Under the pieces are notes generated by a model. It saw nothing but the letters and a program-made list of their open reading frames with translations. It was not told the origin of the DNA and did no database searches. DNA of 48,179 bases from Octopus bimaculoides. Taxonomy: Eukaryota. The stretch lies in NCBI RefSeq assembly GCF_001194135.2, contig NC_068983.1, positions 55,711,869-55,760,047 on the forward strand. The letters run 5' to 3'. Below are positions 1 to 11,126 of the stretch, piece after piece; within the stretch, counting starts at the first letter, position 1, and each line of letters opens with the position of its first letter. Both the position numbers and the translations under genes were made by a program.

Positions 1-18
1 GCGTAGGTTCGAAACGTC
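1..18 (+). ncRNA. 3' half of a minimal hammerhead ribozyme motif, cut by the window edge
   Basis: GCGTAGGTTC-GAAAC-GTC matches the stem II/GAAAC/GUH part of the copies at 11693-11720 and 22974-23010. The downstream sequence (CGAGCGT..AAACTAAT..CTGTTTGTTG..GTCTTCGTCTTTT) also matches those copies. Confidence 0.5.
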
Positions 19-231
19 CCGAGCGTTAAACTAATGCATCTGTTTGTTGTTTATATAGCCGTCTTCGTCTTTTTTTTTTTCGTAAATTCTCTCTTTATAT
101 ATAATGCTCTATTTTGTTGTATACTAGCAGTGAGCTCATTCTTCGATGTGCGGCTATTCCTTCTAACGGGCAGATATATTCTAATGTGAATATATACAGA
201 AAGAGAAGCACTCTCCCCCCCCCCCTCCGTA

Positions 232-426
232 TATGTATCTGCGTGCATACGTGTGTGCGTGTGTGTATAAATATACATGCATATATGTATCTAAATATGC
301 ATACATGTATATTTATGTATGTGTTTATATATGTATGTATGCATGTATGTGTATATATATATATATGTGTGTGTGTATATATATACATACACACATACGT
401 ATATATATATACACACACACATATCC

Positions 427-483
<57 letters not shown>

Positions 484-550
484 TGTATCAATAAAAGTAT
501 ATATGCGTATATGTATATAATATGCATTTATAAATGTGCGTGAATGTGTG
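232..550. repeat. Compound (TA)n/(TG)n/(TATG)n microsatellite
   Basis: Directly visible. It explains the HTHT/YIYI/VCVC ORFs in the track. Confidence 0.95.
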
Positions 551-771
551 TGCGCGCGAGCGTACGGAATGAGACGTTTGGGCGAAACCGTTTGGACGCT
601 AGCGATCTGGCTCGGCTGACTAAACAGTGAGCCTGTTTTGGCGACAGTGCTTTTTGGCACTGGAGGCATATACGCAGACACAACCGTACATACGTGCAAA
701 AATATACACATGCAAATAGATTGAGTGAAAGAAAGAGAGAAACGACTTGACAGCAGTTGGAGTAATTTAAC

Positions 772-900
772 CTCCCTCCCTCTGTCTCTCTCTATCTCTC
801 TCTCTCTCCCTCTTTCTCTCTCACTGTCTCCCTCTTTCTCTCTCATTCTCTTTCTCTCTCATTCTCTTTCTCTCTCATTCTCTTCCTCTCTTTCTCTTTA
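772..900. repeat. (CT)n-rich polypyrimidine microsatellite
   Basis: Directly visible. Confidence 0.9.
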
Positions 901-1164
901 CTCTTTCGCTCTGATTTTTCTGCTCGCCAAACCAGAATCTAAATTCGCTTTCAATTCTACTCTGTTAAAGAGATACAGATATCCATCGCGCGAAAATTTT
1001 TCTTATCCACGCTTCGTCGATGTCTCACCAATCATCATATATATAAACTAAGGAAGAAAACTAAAGCGGAAAAACAGAAAGACCCTTTCTGTTTTAGTCA
1101 GTCGGTCCATTATTTGCGATCTATCAGTCACTGCAAGCAGTATTAACATACATGAACATAGATC

Positions 1165-1238
1165 AATGCTGATGTATTAATATTTTAACATACATTAATG
1201 CTGATATTTTAATATTTTAACATACATTAATGCTGATG
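1165..1238. repeat. 32-bp tandem repeat, about 2.3 copies
   Basis: Unit AATGCTGAT(GTA/ATT)TTAATATTTTAACATACATT starts at 1165, 1197 and 1229 (partial). Confidence 0.85.
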
Positions 1239-1364
1239 ACATACGAAAGGATTAAGATACATGACAAAATCAGTGATGCTTTCATTCAGTCCACGACTTT
1301 GTTCTGAGTTCTTTTGGTGTTGTTATCATGTCTACGAAGAGAATTCGAATAGAAGTGACAATGT

Positions 1365-1580
1365 CTCTTACTTTTGACTCATTTTAGTCATTGGACTGCG
1401 GCCATACTGGGCCATCTCGCTGAAGGGTTTAATCGAATAAATCGATCCCAGTACTTCATTTTCAAGCCTGGTTCTTATTCCATCGGTCGCTTTTGCCGAA
1501 CAGCTAAGTTACGGAGGTGTTAACAAACCAACACCGGTTGTCAAGCGGTGGCGGGGGACAAGCACAAAGACACACGCACG

Positions 1581-1618
<38 letters not shown>

Positions 1619-1770
1619 ATATGACGAATTTATTTCACTTTCCATCTACCAAATTCACTCACAAAGTTTTGGTCGCCCTGGGGCTATAGTAGAAGACACA
1701 CACTCAAGGTGCCGCGCTACAGGACTGAACTCATGGCTACATGGTTGGGAAACAAGCTTCTTAATCACAC
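1365..1770 (-). mobile_element. SINE family A (tRNA-like head, internal dinucleotide tract), near full length
   Basis: Reverse-complement match to the + copies at 43248 and 46304: head, GTAGACGGAAACTGAAAGAAGCC body, GACAACCGG, and CAGCATGGCCGCAGTC..ATGACTGAAACAAGT tail. Confidence 0.9.
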
Positions 1771-2280
1771 GTCTATAGAACAAAAAAAAAAAATAATAAG
1801 ATAGAATAAAATACAAAATTTAGGGCGTCTAGGTCATGTTTCAAATGGATCGAAGATCTCATAAGAGTGCAACATTTTATCTACTGAATGCCATAAAAAC
1901 TCTTTAAAATTGCCTTTTTCCCCTGTAGTTATGTAATTAATATATTCAGTATAGCTTCTTTTATTTGCAATCATATCAATTACTCGTGAACTCCCCTACT
2001 GGTCTCATTTATATATCCAAATTCTAAATGAATAACGTTTCGTCGCCGTGGCCCTGACGACCATCAGAGAACTAAGTATTTAGTTAAAATTACAATGGAG
2101 ACTTAACTTAAATGTCATAACATTTTCAAAAACTACTTCAATAATTGCGTGTCTGTGAATGGGCTAATTGTTACCCTATTGAGAGGTGATAAGCATGTAT
2201 GAAGAATTATTAAATTATTTAGATGTTCACATTTAAATATAAACGATGCGGGTTAATAATATATTTGAAAACGAAGTCAT

Positions 2281-2486
2281 ATTGGTTTAAAATTTTAATA
2301 CAAAGCCAGAAATTTCAGGGGAAGGGGTTAAGTGGTTTACATCGACCCCCAATACACAACTGGTACTGATTTTATCCGTCTCAGAAGGATGAAAGACAAA
2401 ATCAGTCAAGAGGGAATTTGAACTCAGAATGTAAAGATGGACAAAATGTCGCTCAATGTGTTACGATTCTGCCAGCTCGCTGCCTT
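2281..2486 (-). mobile_element. SINE family B monomer
   Basis: Reverse complement of the GGCGGCGAGCTGGCAG..TTCTGAGTTCAAATTCC..TTTCATCCTT..AAGTACCAGT..GGGGTCGAT consensus seen in more than 15 copies in this window. Confidence 0.88.
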
Positions 2487-2522
2487 GAAAAAAAGAAAAT
2501 GATATCAATATTAACGTTGTCT

Positions 2523-2961
2523 TTAAGGCGGCGAGCTGGCAGAAACGTTAGCGCGCCGGGCGAAATTCTTAGTGGTATTTCGTCTGCCGTTACGTTCTGA
2601 GTTCAAATTCCACCGAAGTCGACTTTATTTTCATCCTTTCGGGGTCAATAAATTAAGTACCAGTTGCGCACTGGGGTCGATGTAATTGACATAATCCCTT
2701 TGTCTGTCCTTGTTTGTCCCCTCGGTGTGTAGCCCCTTGTGGGCAATAAAGAAATAAGAAACATTAGCACGCCGGGCGAAATGCTAGGTGGTATTTCGTC
2801 TGTCTTTACGTTCTGAGTTCAAAATCCACCCAGGTTGACTTTGCCTTTCATCCTTTCGGGGTCGATAAATTAAGTATCAGTTGCATACTGGATCGATCTG
2901 ATCGACTGGTCCCCCTCCCCACAAATTTCGGGCCTTGTGTCTGCCTAGATTAGAAAAGAAA
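2523..2961 (+). mobile_element. SINE family B, dimeric form with target-site duplication
   Basis: Monomer 1 (box B GAGTTCAAATTCC) ends GGGCAATAAAGAAATAAGAA and is followed by a head-less monomer 2. Flanked by ATTAACGT(T/A)GTC at 2510-2521 and 2962-2973. Confidence 0.92.
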
Positions 2962-3644
2962 ATTAACGTAGTCATTCTTATTTTCACACGTACCCTGCCT
3001 AATGCTGTGAACTACCAGCGAACGATATATGGTTGAAAACCCCCACTAATTCTGGAGATGAGAGATGTTACATAATCATCATTTCAAGTGGTTTATATGT
3101 GAATGGCATACATTATGTTTTAGGAAGTGGTTTTGTAATTAATTTTACAGTCTGTTAGATAGAGACTGTTTTGATGGAAGACCAAACTTGTAAATCTAAC
3201 TCAGCGGCCCTTGAACAAATGCCATATCCCCTCGTTTCTCCATTCGCAAATAATTTAAGTCGATTTTTTTAACCGTCGCCTCTTTAACAGGAAGTGTTTG
3301 TAATTATGAAATTCTTCCTTCTACAGGGCCCCAGATTCCTCAGAGTTATGGCTATAAAAAGAAACATAATTTTCTTACATGTAGTATTTTGTTCGCCCTC
3401 TTTTCAAACTTCACAGTCTCTGTCCCACTCCTAGGAACCTCACCCATCCCTCCTTTGAGAAACACTGGTCTTATACATTCATCCTTTTGTTTTTGGTCTT
3501 TTTGTTCTTTGCTTGATCGCGAGTGTGGTTGCCGTGGTTGCTGTTGGTGATGATGAATGAAAATGTATTTCTTGGGCAGTGTAAAGAAATAACTAAATAA
3601 CTAACACACACAAACAATTAACAAAATATTTCATGTTTTTACAG

Positions 3645-3928
3645 ATACAAACAGCAGCAATTACACAATGAGAGAGACATACTACTTGAGATCTACGAAA
3701 ACTGATATAACAATCTGTGGCTGGCCCATCACAACTGGAAAATTATTGTGCTATATTCATGGCGACGAAAATTCCTTTCTACTATCTGTCATCGGCTGGA
3801 TGTGGGGATGGGAATGGAGGCGTTGTGCGGATGCTTCAGCTTTCTGCAATTACTGCCATAAAACAACCAACCTCTATATAGGGTACAGTGAGAAAGTTCT
3901 AGAAAAATCGTATCATGTGATGGTTTGA
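3645..3928 (+). CDS. Candidate coding exon (phase-1 start), Cys/Trp-rich, weakly SRCR-domain-like extracellular module
   Basis: Acceptor TTTCATGTTTTTACAG at 3644. Open frame TNSSNYTMRETYYLRSTKTDITICGWPITTGKLLCYIHGDENSFLLSVIGWMWGWEWRRCADASAFCNYCHKTTNLYIG..* (TGA 3926-3928). TICxGWx8Cx3G spacing resembles SRCR TVCDDGWx8CRQLG. A weak alternative donor exists (GG|GTACAG at 3882/3883). Confidence 0.5.
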
Positions 3929-4089
3929 CACTGATTAGTCGCTTAACAGACCGATCACGTGAAACTACTGTGGTTTGATCGTGGTGTCTGCTCGGTTACC
4001 AAGCAATTCGGTTTCGAATCGCTGCTGCAACTTATTTCAGTAATTGAAGCGTGACTATACTGGCGCACTGTCTTAACAAATTTATTCAG

Positions 4090-4375
4090 GCAAATCGAAT
4101 CATTTATTCGATCCTTTTTGCCAAAATCCTAAGTTACGGAAACGTAAACAAACTAACACTGATTGTCAAGCAGTGATCGATACAAACATAAAAACGCACC
4201 CCACATACGCAAGCACATACTCACACAAATATACGATATACAACAGGCTTCCATACAGTTTCTATCTACCAAATTCACTAAAAATGTGTTTACCGGACCG
4301 GAGTTATAATAGAAAACACATGCCCAAGGTGCCGAAACCATGTGGTTTGGATGTGAACTTCTTAATTACAAAGCC
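4090..4375 (-). mobile_element. SINE family A, degenerate and partial
   Basis: Contains GTTGTCAAG, CAGTTTCTATCTACCAAATTCAC and CCCAAGGTGCC motifs of family A in reverse orientation. Confidence 0.8.
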
Positions 4376-4899
4376 ATCCAATTTCTTTTTTCTTTTAGTA
4401 TTTAACAACATTAACGCGTGGTTACAGAAGATTACTTACACAGGCAATACCAGATCAAAGACAATAACTCAATCTTTTAGATTGTTTCCATGTGATAGCG
4501 TAAAAGCGCCTGTTAGAAAGCTCTAGGTCTTTGGAGGGTGACACTTTGTTGTCAGAAGGCACGTTATTCACAAGCCCGTAAGTCAGAATATTATATAAGA
4601 TTTAGTGATTTTTTTCGAGTAACGTTAGCTATTTTGATAGAGGAATCGAGCTGCATTCGTGCAAATGTATTTTGTGTCTTTCATTCGATCGAGTGAGTGA
4701 CGTCAATTATTTATATGCTATCCGAAAATGTCCATCTCCTAATAAGCAATTCTTCACAATTCATGGAAAATAAAAGGATAATTTTTTCACTTTTGAGACA
4801 GACCGCTTGAATCAGAAAACATTTGATCACTTCTGTCAATTGTTACAAGATCGACCATAGCTCTGATCAGTGATGAAAGCTAAACAGAGTGGGTTGAGA

Positions 4900-5065
4900 T
4901 TTTGAGCACATGATCAAGGTAGACGAGGAAGTATCTTGAAGAGATGGGGATTGTCTGGGACCCAGCTCGGGGAGTTGGCCGGGACAACCCGAGCAAGTGC
5001 TGACAAGTGGTGGATACAGCAACGCGATGCAACAGCGCATGCTCCCATACCTGAACTTATTATTG
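4900..5065 (+). pseudogene. RTE-clade LINE ORF2 C-terminal fossil
   Basis: YLEEMGIVWDPARGVGRDNPSKC*QVVDTATRCNSACSHT* resembles RTE C-termini (L.EMG..W..A...A.DR..WR..V). It carries an in-frame stop. Confidence 0.5.
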
Positions 5066-5244
5066 TTGCGGAAATTGAATTACCAATGGCTAATAAAAGA
5101 GTTTTTACTTTCGCTTTCTGAAGTTTATTTACAGAAGTTAGGGCTGTGTGTGAGTTTTCCAGCCAAATAGCTTGATCGAATGTTCTGGAAAAATTGGTTT
5201 ACAACCACAAAAATTTGGCAAACTCAGCCTCTGAATAGACTTAC

Positions 5245-5342
5245 TCAGCGTCCGTCAGTCCAAACGAAACTGCCATTTTACTCCGTGAGTTGGTTTCTCA
5301 ACTTTCTTTTCGACATTCATGTCTCTGGTAATTCCAAACAGC
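5245..5342 (-). other. Candidate spliced exon (98 nt), possibly 5'UTR plus start codon: MAVSFGLTDA(D/E)
   Basis: On the minus strand: acceptor TTTTTGTGTTTCAG, donor GA|GTAAGT, and AAAATGG start context at 5276. All three frames stop if the exon is read through from its 5' end. Confidence 0.4.
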
Positions 5343-5649
5343 CTGAAACACAAAAATTTCTATCCCTTGGTTATATATTACAGCCTACTGTACGATAAAA
5401 CTGGGTCGAAGGTGACGCGGCGTCTCATTCGACAGTATTGCAAGACTACCTTTTATATATTGATACTAACTACTGTAATGGCAGCTACTCGCCGTTGATG
5501 TGGAAAATTAGTTAATTTAATGTTTCCTCCAGAGTATCGTTCTCATTGCATTCAATGTTATTCACTCTTAATGTCTACAAATAATACCAGTTATCACTCC
5601 ACTCATGGATCACTAATTGTAATCATAATTGTATTTTATCGCTCTGCAG

Positions 5650-5867
5650 CCAGGATGCTAACCAAGCTGTCAGTGTAATCTATTACTTAAAGAAGGATTC
5701 ACCCGCCAACATGGAATTCCAAGACGACGCTGCTATCAAAGGAGATTTGCATCTTCCTCTCAATCGGAAATCGAGGCAACTGGAATTGCGGATTCGTTGT
5801 CTCAGGGGACACAACCCTGAACGAGTTTTGGAAGGCTGTCAGACATTTTGTCATCAATTTTCAGTAA
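5650..5867 (+). CDS. Candidate internal coding exon, unknown product
   Basis: Acceptor TTGTATTTTATCGCTCTGCAG at 5649. Open phase-2 frame QDANQAVSVIYYLKKDSPANMEFQDDAAIKGDLHLPLNRKSRQLELRIRCLRGHNPERVLEGCQTFCHQFS. Weak donor TCA|GTAATT. Phase is compatible with the weak donor at 3882. Confidence 0.3.
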
Positions 5868-6323
5868 TTGTGTCTATCAGAGAATTTTATAAGAAAATAT
5901 TGTTTTATAAGAAAATATTGCTGAAATACAACAATCACTAAATCTTACATAATATTCTGACTTACGGGTTTGTGAATATTGCGCCTTCTGATAGAGTGTC
6001 ACCCTCCGAAGACCCAGAGATTTCTTACAGGCGCGTTTATGCTATCAATTGACTTGCTAGTAACAGCAGCCAAATCACCATTAAATCGCCCTCTATATAA
6101 GAACGTCTGACAACAGCGCGTTCCCCTCTAGGGGCCAAGAGTTTTCTTACTGACGGCGTTTTGACTATCGGGTTTTTTGAGTAATGGACTTTCTATCAGG
6201 TTTTCCAACAGCAGAACAAACCCCACTATCAAACGGTGAAGTAAAACTGACCCGATTCACGATGGCCTTATACACAGCTGATGTTCCACGTTAGCTTGTA
6301 AGAAAGCAAAAGCTTCACGAATA

Positions 6324-6998
6324 CTTCGGGGTTATTCAAAAAGAATGAACTGATTTCATTACGCAATATTTTAATAAGGAAAAGCAATAGAAACTCCAGC
6401 TAAGTCACGAGTATTTACTCACAAACAACTTTTCTTTCCTGTCTTACAAGTGTTCAGTGTGGCCAACAGCTTCATCACGGACAACATCAATGCGATAAGA
6501 GAATTCCTGCCAGCAGATTCGCATGACTTCATTTTTCAACAAGATGGAGCACCAACCCATTGGCATCTGATAGTTCGAGCTTTTTTTTTTAATGAAAATG
6601 TGTCCCAGCTATGGCTTGGCTGGAAAGGGGCCCAAGACCTTGCTCTTTGTGCTTGGTCTGCGAGATCCCCAAACCTCACCGTGTGTTATTATTTCTTGTG
6701 GGGTTATGTAAAAGATCGTGTTTATGTTCCACCGCTACCCACTAACCTCGATGAACTTAAACATCGAATAACAACAGCGATCAATTCAGTGGATCATGAT
6801 ATGCTGACGTCTGGGAGGAACTCTCTTATCGTACTGATGTTGTCCGTGCTGCAGATGGTGGCCATTTTGAACACTTGTAAGACAGAGAATAAAAGTTGAT
6901 TGTGAGTAAATACTTGTGACTCAGCTGGAATTTTCTATTGCTTTTCCTAATTAAAATATGGCGTAATCAAATCGGTTCATTCTTTTTGAATAACCCTG
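6324..6998 (+). mobile_element. Internally deleted Tc1/mariner DNA transposon (DDxD type, rosa/DD41D-like) with ~190-bp TIRs
   Basis: Left 6324-~6512 and right ~6810-6998 are inverted copies (CAGGGTTATTCAAAAAGAATGAAC...). TA lies at 6999-7000 and 6322-6323. The interior encodes FQQDGAPTHW...WSARSPNLTVCYYFLWGYVKDRVYVPPLPTNLDELKHRITTAINSV, then after a frameshift YR.DVVRAADGGHFEHL*. Confidence 0.93.
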
Positions 6999-7277
6999 TA
7001 TTTTGAAATTACAGGACAAGCCGGCACTGTAAGATTTTGAAAAGTGAGATACCTGCAAAACATGGCTGTCAATAAGACAACGAGGAAGATTCTACGCTAT
7101 CATTTGACATACAAGTAAAATCAGACGGATCTCTTTCGAATCACATGCTATAAAAAGAAGGGTACATTGAATAACTTGGTCCCATATAGAGCGTTTTGAA
7201 GGTTGTGTATTCTAAATCTGGTCAAGGCTAACTTGGAGCTAAACCAAGTAATATATCTTTCATCATTTATCATTTAT

Positions 7278-7680
7278 CTTTTGCTTGTTTCAGTCATTAG
7301 ATTGCGGCCATACTGGGGCATTGCCTTGAAGAATCTTAATAGAACGAATCGACCCCAAAACTTACTTTTTTAAAAAAAGCCTGGTACTTATTCTATCGGT
7401 CTCTTTTGCAAACTGATAAGTTACGGGGACGTAAATACATCAACATCGGTTGTCAAGCGATGGTGGGGGGACAAACGCAGACGCACACACGCACACACGC
7501 ACGCACTCACACAGCTACAATGGGCTTCTTTCAGTTTCCGTCTACCAAATCCACTCACAAGGCTTTGGTCGGTCCGAGGCTATAGCAAAAGGCACTTGTT
7601 CAAGGTGCCACACAGTGGGACTGAACACAGAACCATGTAGTTGGGAAGCAAGCTTCTTACCACACAGCCACTCCTGCACC
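7278..7680 (-). mobile_element. SINE family A, full length
   Basis: High-identity reverse-complement match to family A, ending CTTACCACACAGCCACTCCTGCACC. Confidence 0.93.
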
Positions 7681-7934
7681 TATCTTTATCCATTGTAAAT
7701 TCGAGAATTACAGACGACGCGTAATATCACTAGATTGGTCTCCAACTGGTTTCTTGAAAACCAGAGAAAGATTTAAGCTTAAAATCTTAACACTACAGAC
7801 TTAATGAAACTTTTCTCATCAACCTTATCATGGCACCTATTAATAGACGGGTAGATTGGGTCATTCAGAGTTAAATGTTTTGACATCACTAACAATTATA
7901 GGTTAAATGTAGAATATTCACCTAGCAACAAGTT

Positions 7935-7998
7935 TTTTCTCTCTCTCTCCTTCCCTCTCTCATCCTCCCTCTCTATTTCTTCCACTTTTTCTTTCTCT

Positions 7999-8051
<53 letters not shown>

Positions 8052-8559
8052 TCATACGTGTGACACATAGATAGGCATACACATACGTACACACACGAAT
8101 ATACGCACACTCACACGCTATTTGTCTGTACGTCTGTCTGTCTCCCTCTCTCTGTCTCCCTCTCTCTCTCCCTCTCCTTTCTCTCTGTCTCTCCTTTCTC
8201 ACCTTTATTTCTATCTCTATCTCTCTCACAGACATGCACATACACATGCATTCAACATAACACACTCACACAAAGCACAGCCCGCACACACACACATAAC
8301 GACACAACACACAACATACATATGGGCGTGACACGATGAGGTCATTGCTTTAACACACACACACACACAACACACACACAACACACGCAGATAATCATAC
8401 AGATGCCACAAAATACAGAGTATTAAGTAAATATGTCACAGGCCAAAGTTTTGCTTCCCCAGTTTGCGAATTGCATTTATAGTTCTCATCATCGTTTGTG
8501 TTTCTTGTTCTGCTTCATGCATCTATGACGGTTTTGTTTCTTCGTTTCTTTCTTTCTTT

Positions 8560-8634
<75 letters not shown>

Positions 8635-8640
8635 TGTGCG
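7935..8640. repeat. Compound (CT)n/(CA)n/(TG)n microsatellite region
   Basis: Directly visible, for example (TG)~33 at 8563-8630. Confidence 0.9.
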
Positions 8641-8962
8641 CGCGCGCTTTCGCACGCATGCGTGCAGCCGTCTGTCTGTCTTAATGTGTGGCCTTGATTC
8701 ACTTAACAAAAAAGCAATGCGTCAAATAAACGTAACAGATGGCAGCAGAACACGTGAGAATATCACTGGGTTCAATCAATTTTAAAAGCCGTCTTTATGA
8801 TTATCAGTGCATTATATTATTTTACATATAGCATGTATATGTGGAGGGACATTCCCTTCCTTTTGTAGAAATACTCAGTATACGAAACGAAACCGCGTCA
8901 GCCCGGTAACAAATGATGGTCACGACATATGAGGTGATTCTAGCCTACATTTAAGCGAGTCG

Positions 8963-9110
8963 TCGCCTGAATGCTTACGAACCACATGGTTCCGAGTTCA
9001 GTCCAACAGCATGGAATCTTGGGCAAGCGTCTTCTACTATAACCTCGGGCCGACCAAAGCCTTGTGAGTGGATTTGGTAGACGGAAACTGAAAGAAGCCC
9101 GTCATATATA
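8963..9110 (+). mobile_element. SINE family A, 5' half
   Basis: ACCACATGGTTCCGAGTTCAGTCC..GGCCGACCAAAGCCTTGTGAGTGGATTTGGTAGACGGAAACTGAAAGAAGCCCGTC. Confidence 0.9.
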
Positions 9111-10178
9111 TTTATGTTTTTTTTTCTTTTGCCTTTTAAAGGAGGCGCTCAGCAAATATTCACGGGCCCTGCCTTGCCTTTCAGAGCTCCCTATCGATGT
9201 ACCGGTCGTTGAACTCCACTCTTATACGTCCTGGTGATGAATACATAAAGAACTTTTGATTGTCATGTGTAAGCAGTTCCTATACAATTGTATTTTCAAT
9301 GAAGGATGAACATCATAACTTCTCATTAACCATAAAGGTCAGTGAGAAGACCTTCAGTAGTATAGCTTTCCCCCTTTTTTTTAATGTCAGCTGAACGTCA
9401 CAGAAAGATTCTCACAGTGGCTCAAGTATTGAATTATTTCCGTAAAGGCCGTTCTTAGATAATATAAAAAACGTGATATAAAACAGTATCTTTTTAAAAG
9501 TCTCTGGCAATATTTATTGCTGGCCATTTTTGTTTCATTCAGAAATAGGAATATAAAATTAATAACGAAACGACACCAGCAGGTTTTATAGAACTTCTCT
9601 TAAAATAATGATTGATGCAGTAATATTCTCGAGAAATATCCAAAAGCGGAAATGACGTCAACTGGTAAACAGAAAATGGCTGTTGTTTTTTTTATGGGAA
9701 CAGGCTCCATGCAATGTAATGTTAAATAAAAAATAGCTGCTAATACTGAAAATATTTATCGAAAATAAAATAAAAGGAAAAGAGAAGTATAATGGCGGAT
9801 GGATAAATGTATGGCAGAATCAGTCGTCTGTTGGACAAAATATCAGTCAATAATATAAATCAATGAGATCAATGTCATTGACCACTCTATAACCAAAGAA
9901 ACGGTGCTCCAGCATGGCCATAGGGCAATGACTGAAACCATTCAGTGTTACTAGATAGGGCTACTTTTCAGAACTTCAGAATTTTCTTTTATTTTTCTTT
10001 TGCTTTTTAAATGTTAGTTTTTAAGGTGAGAATCCTTATTAGATAGTGTATTAAATTATTGACTAAATAAATTCGGCCCTTATACGTATGTATGTATGTA
10101 TGTATGTGTATTTATATCTTTATACATGTATATCTATATATCTGTATCTATATCTATCTATCTATCTATCTATCTATC

Positions 10179-10445
10179 GTACTTGTGGCTATGGCGAAAG
10201 AATGTGTATGGTGGACGCGTCTGAAAGGTCTAGAGACAAAGACTTTCCTCTCTGGGCAATCTCTCATCAACTTCTTCAAGTATCACCTGAAGAGGAAGTT
10301 GAGAGTAGAAAGGGAAGTCTTGTCTAGTGAATGCTTCAAAAAAAGATGGGTGAATGTAGCAAGGATGGCACGTGTGAACGACGGAGCCATCTTGAGCATA
10401 ACCCTATGAACAAGAAAAAAAAATAAAACAAAAAGGCAAAAGAGA
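10179..10445 (+). pseudogene. 5'-truncated L1/Tx1-clade LINE: ORF2 C-terminus plus A-rich 3' end
   Basis: LVAMAKECVWWTRLKGLETKTFLSGQSLINFFKYHLKRKLRVEREVLSSECFKKRWVNVARMARVNDGAILSITL* (stop 10407-10409) follows the Tx1-like A.E.VW.TR....F...W pattern. It is followed by A-runs, and its 5' end abuts (TATC)n. Confidence 0.7.
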
Positions 10446-10485
10446 GTCACTTACTGTTATAGTTTCTTCAATGAGAATATTGACC

Positions 10486-10874
10486 NNNNNNNNNNNNNNN
10501 NNNNNNNNNNNNNNNNNNNNNNNNNNNNNNNNNNNNNNNNNNNNNNNNNNNNNNNNNNNNNNNNNNNNNNNNNNNNNNNNNNNNNNNNNNNNNNNNNNNN
10601 NNNNNNNNNNNNNNNNNNNNNNNNNNNNNNNNNNNNNNNNNNNNNNNNNNNNNNNNNNNNNNNNNNNNNNNNNNNNNNNNNNNNNNNNNNNNNNNNNNNN
10701 NNNNNNNNNNNNNNNNNNNNNNNNNNNNNNNNNNNNNNNNNNNNNNNNNNNNNNNNNNNNNNNNNNNNNNNNNNNNNNNNNNNNNNNNNNNNNNNNNNNN
10801 NNNNNNNNNNNNNNNNNNNNNNNNNNNNNNNNNNNNNNNNNNNNNNNNNNNNNNNNNNNNNNNNNNNNNNNNNN
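10486..10874. other. Assembly gap (N)
   Basis: N-run. Other gaps: 14396-14637, 15794-16050, 21464-22063, 31458-31870, 33145-33154, 42166-42729. Confidence 0.99.
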
Positions 10875-11126
10875 TATATATATATATATATATCACGAGG
10901 TAGCATTTAATTAAAATAACCTTCTATATAGTATACTCAATGTATACGCACTGTAGATATAGCAGTTACTGTAGCATTTGTCGTGAGATTAAGAAAAATA
11001 AATAACAGAGAGAGAAGAAAATTCGTCCTCGTAGCGGAAAGTGAGACGCACTTCGGTGTTTATAGGATTTTATAAAGCCGTATACTCACAACCAATTAAA
11101 ACGTTTTTATTTCTTTCAGATACCCT

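Noticed and set aside
51-846. Many 70-170 aa ORFs rich in YI/HT/VC/ER
   Set aside because: They are translations of dinucleotide microsatellites. The same applies near 8 kb, 23 kb, 33.5-36 kb and 36.8 kb.
3200-3470. Possible hAT MITE ending TTTGAGAAACACTG
   Set aside because: Only one plausible TIR is visible, and no matching left end or 8-bp TSD was found.
10457-10914. Long ORFs containing X-runs (also at 14.2, 15.8, 21.4, 31.4 and 42.1 kb)
   Set aside because: They are open only because they cross N-gaps.
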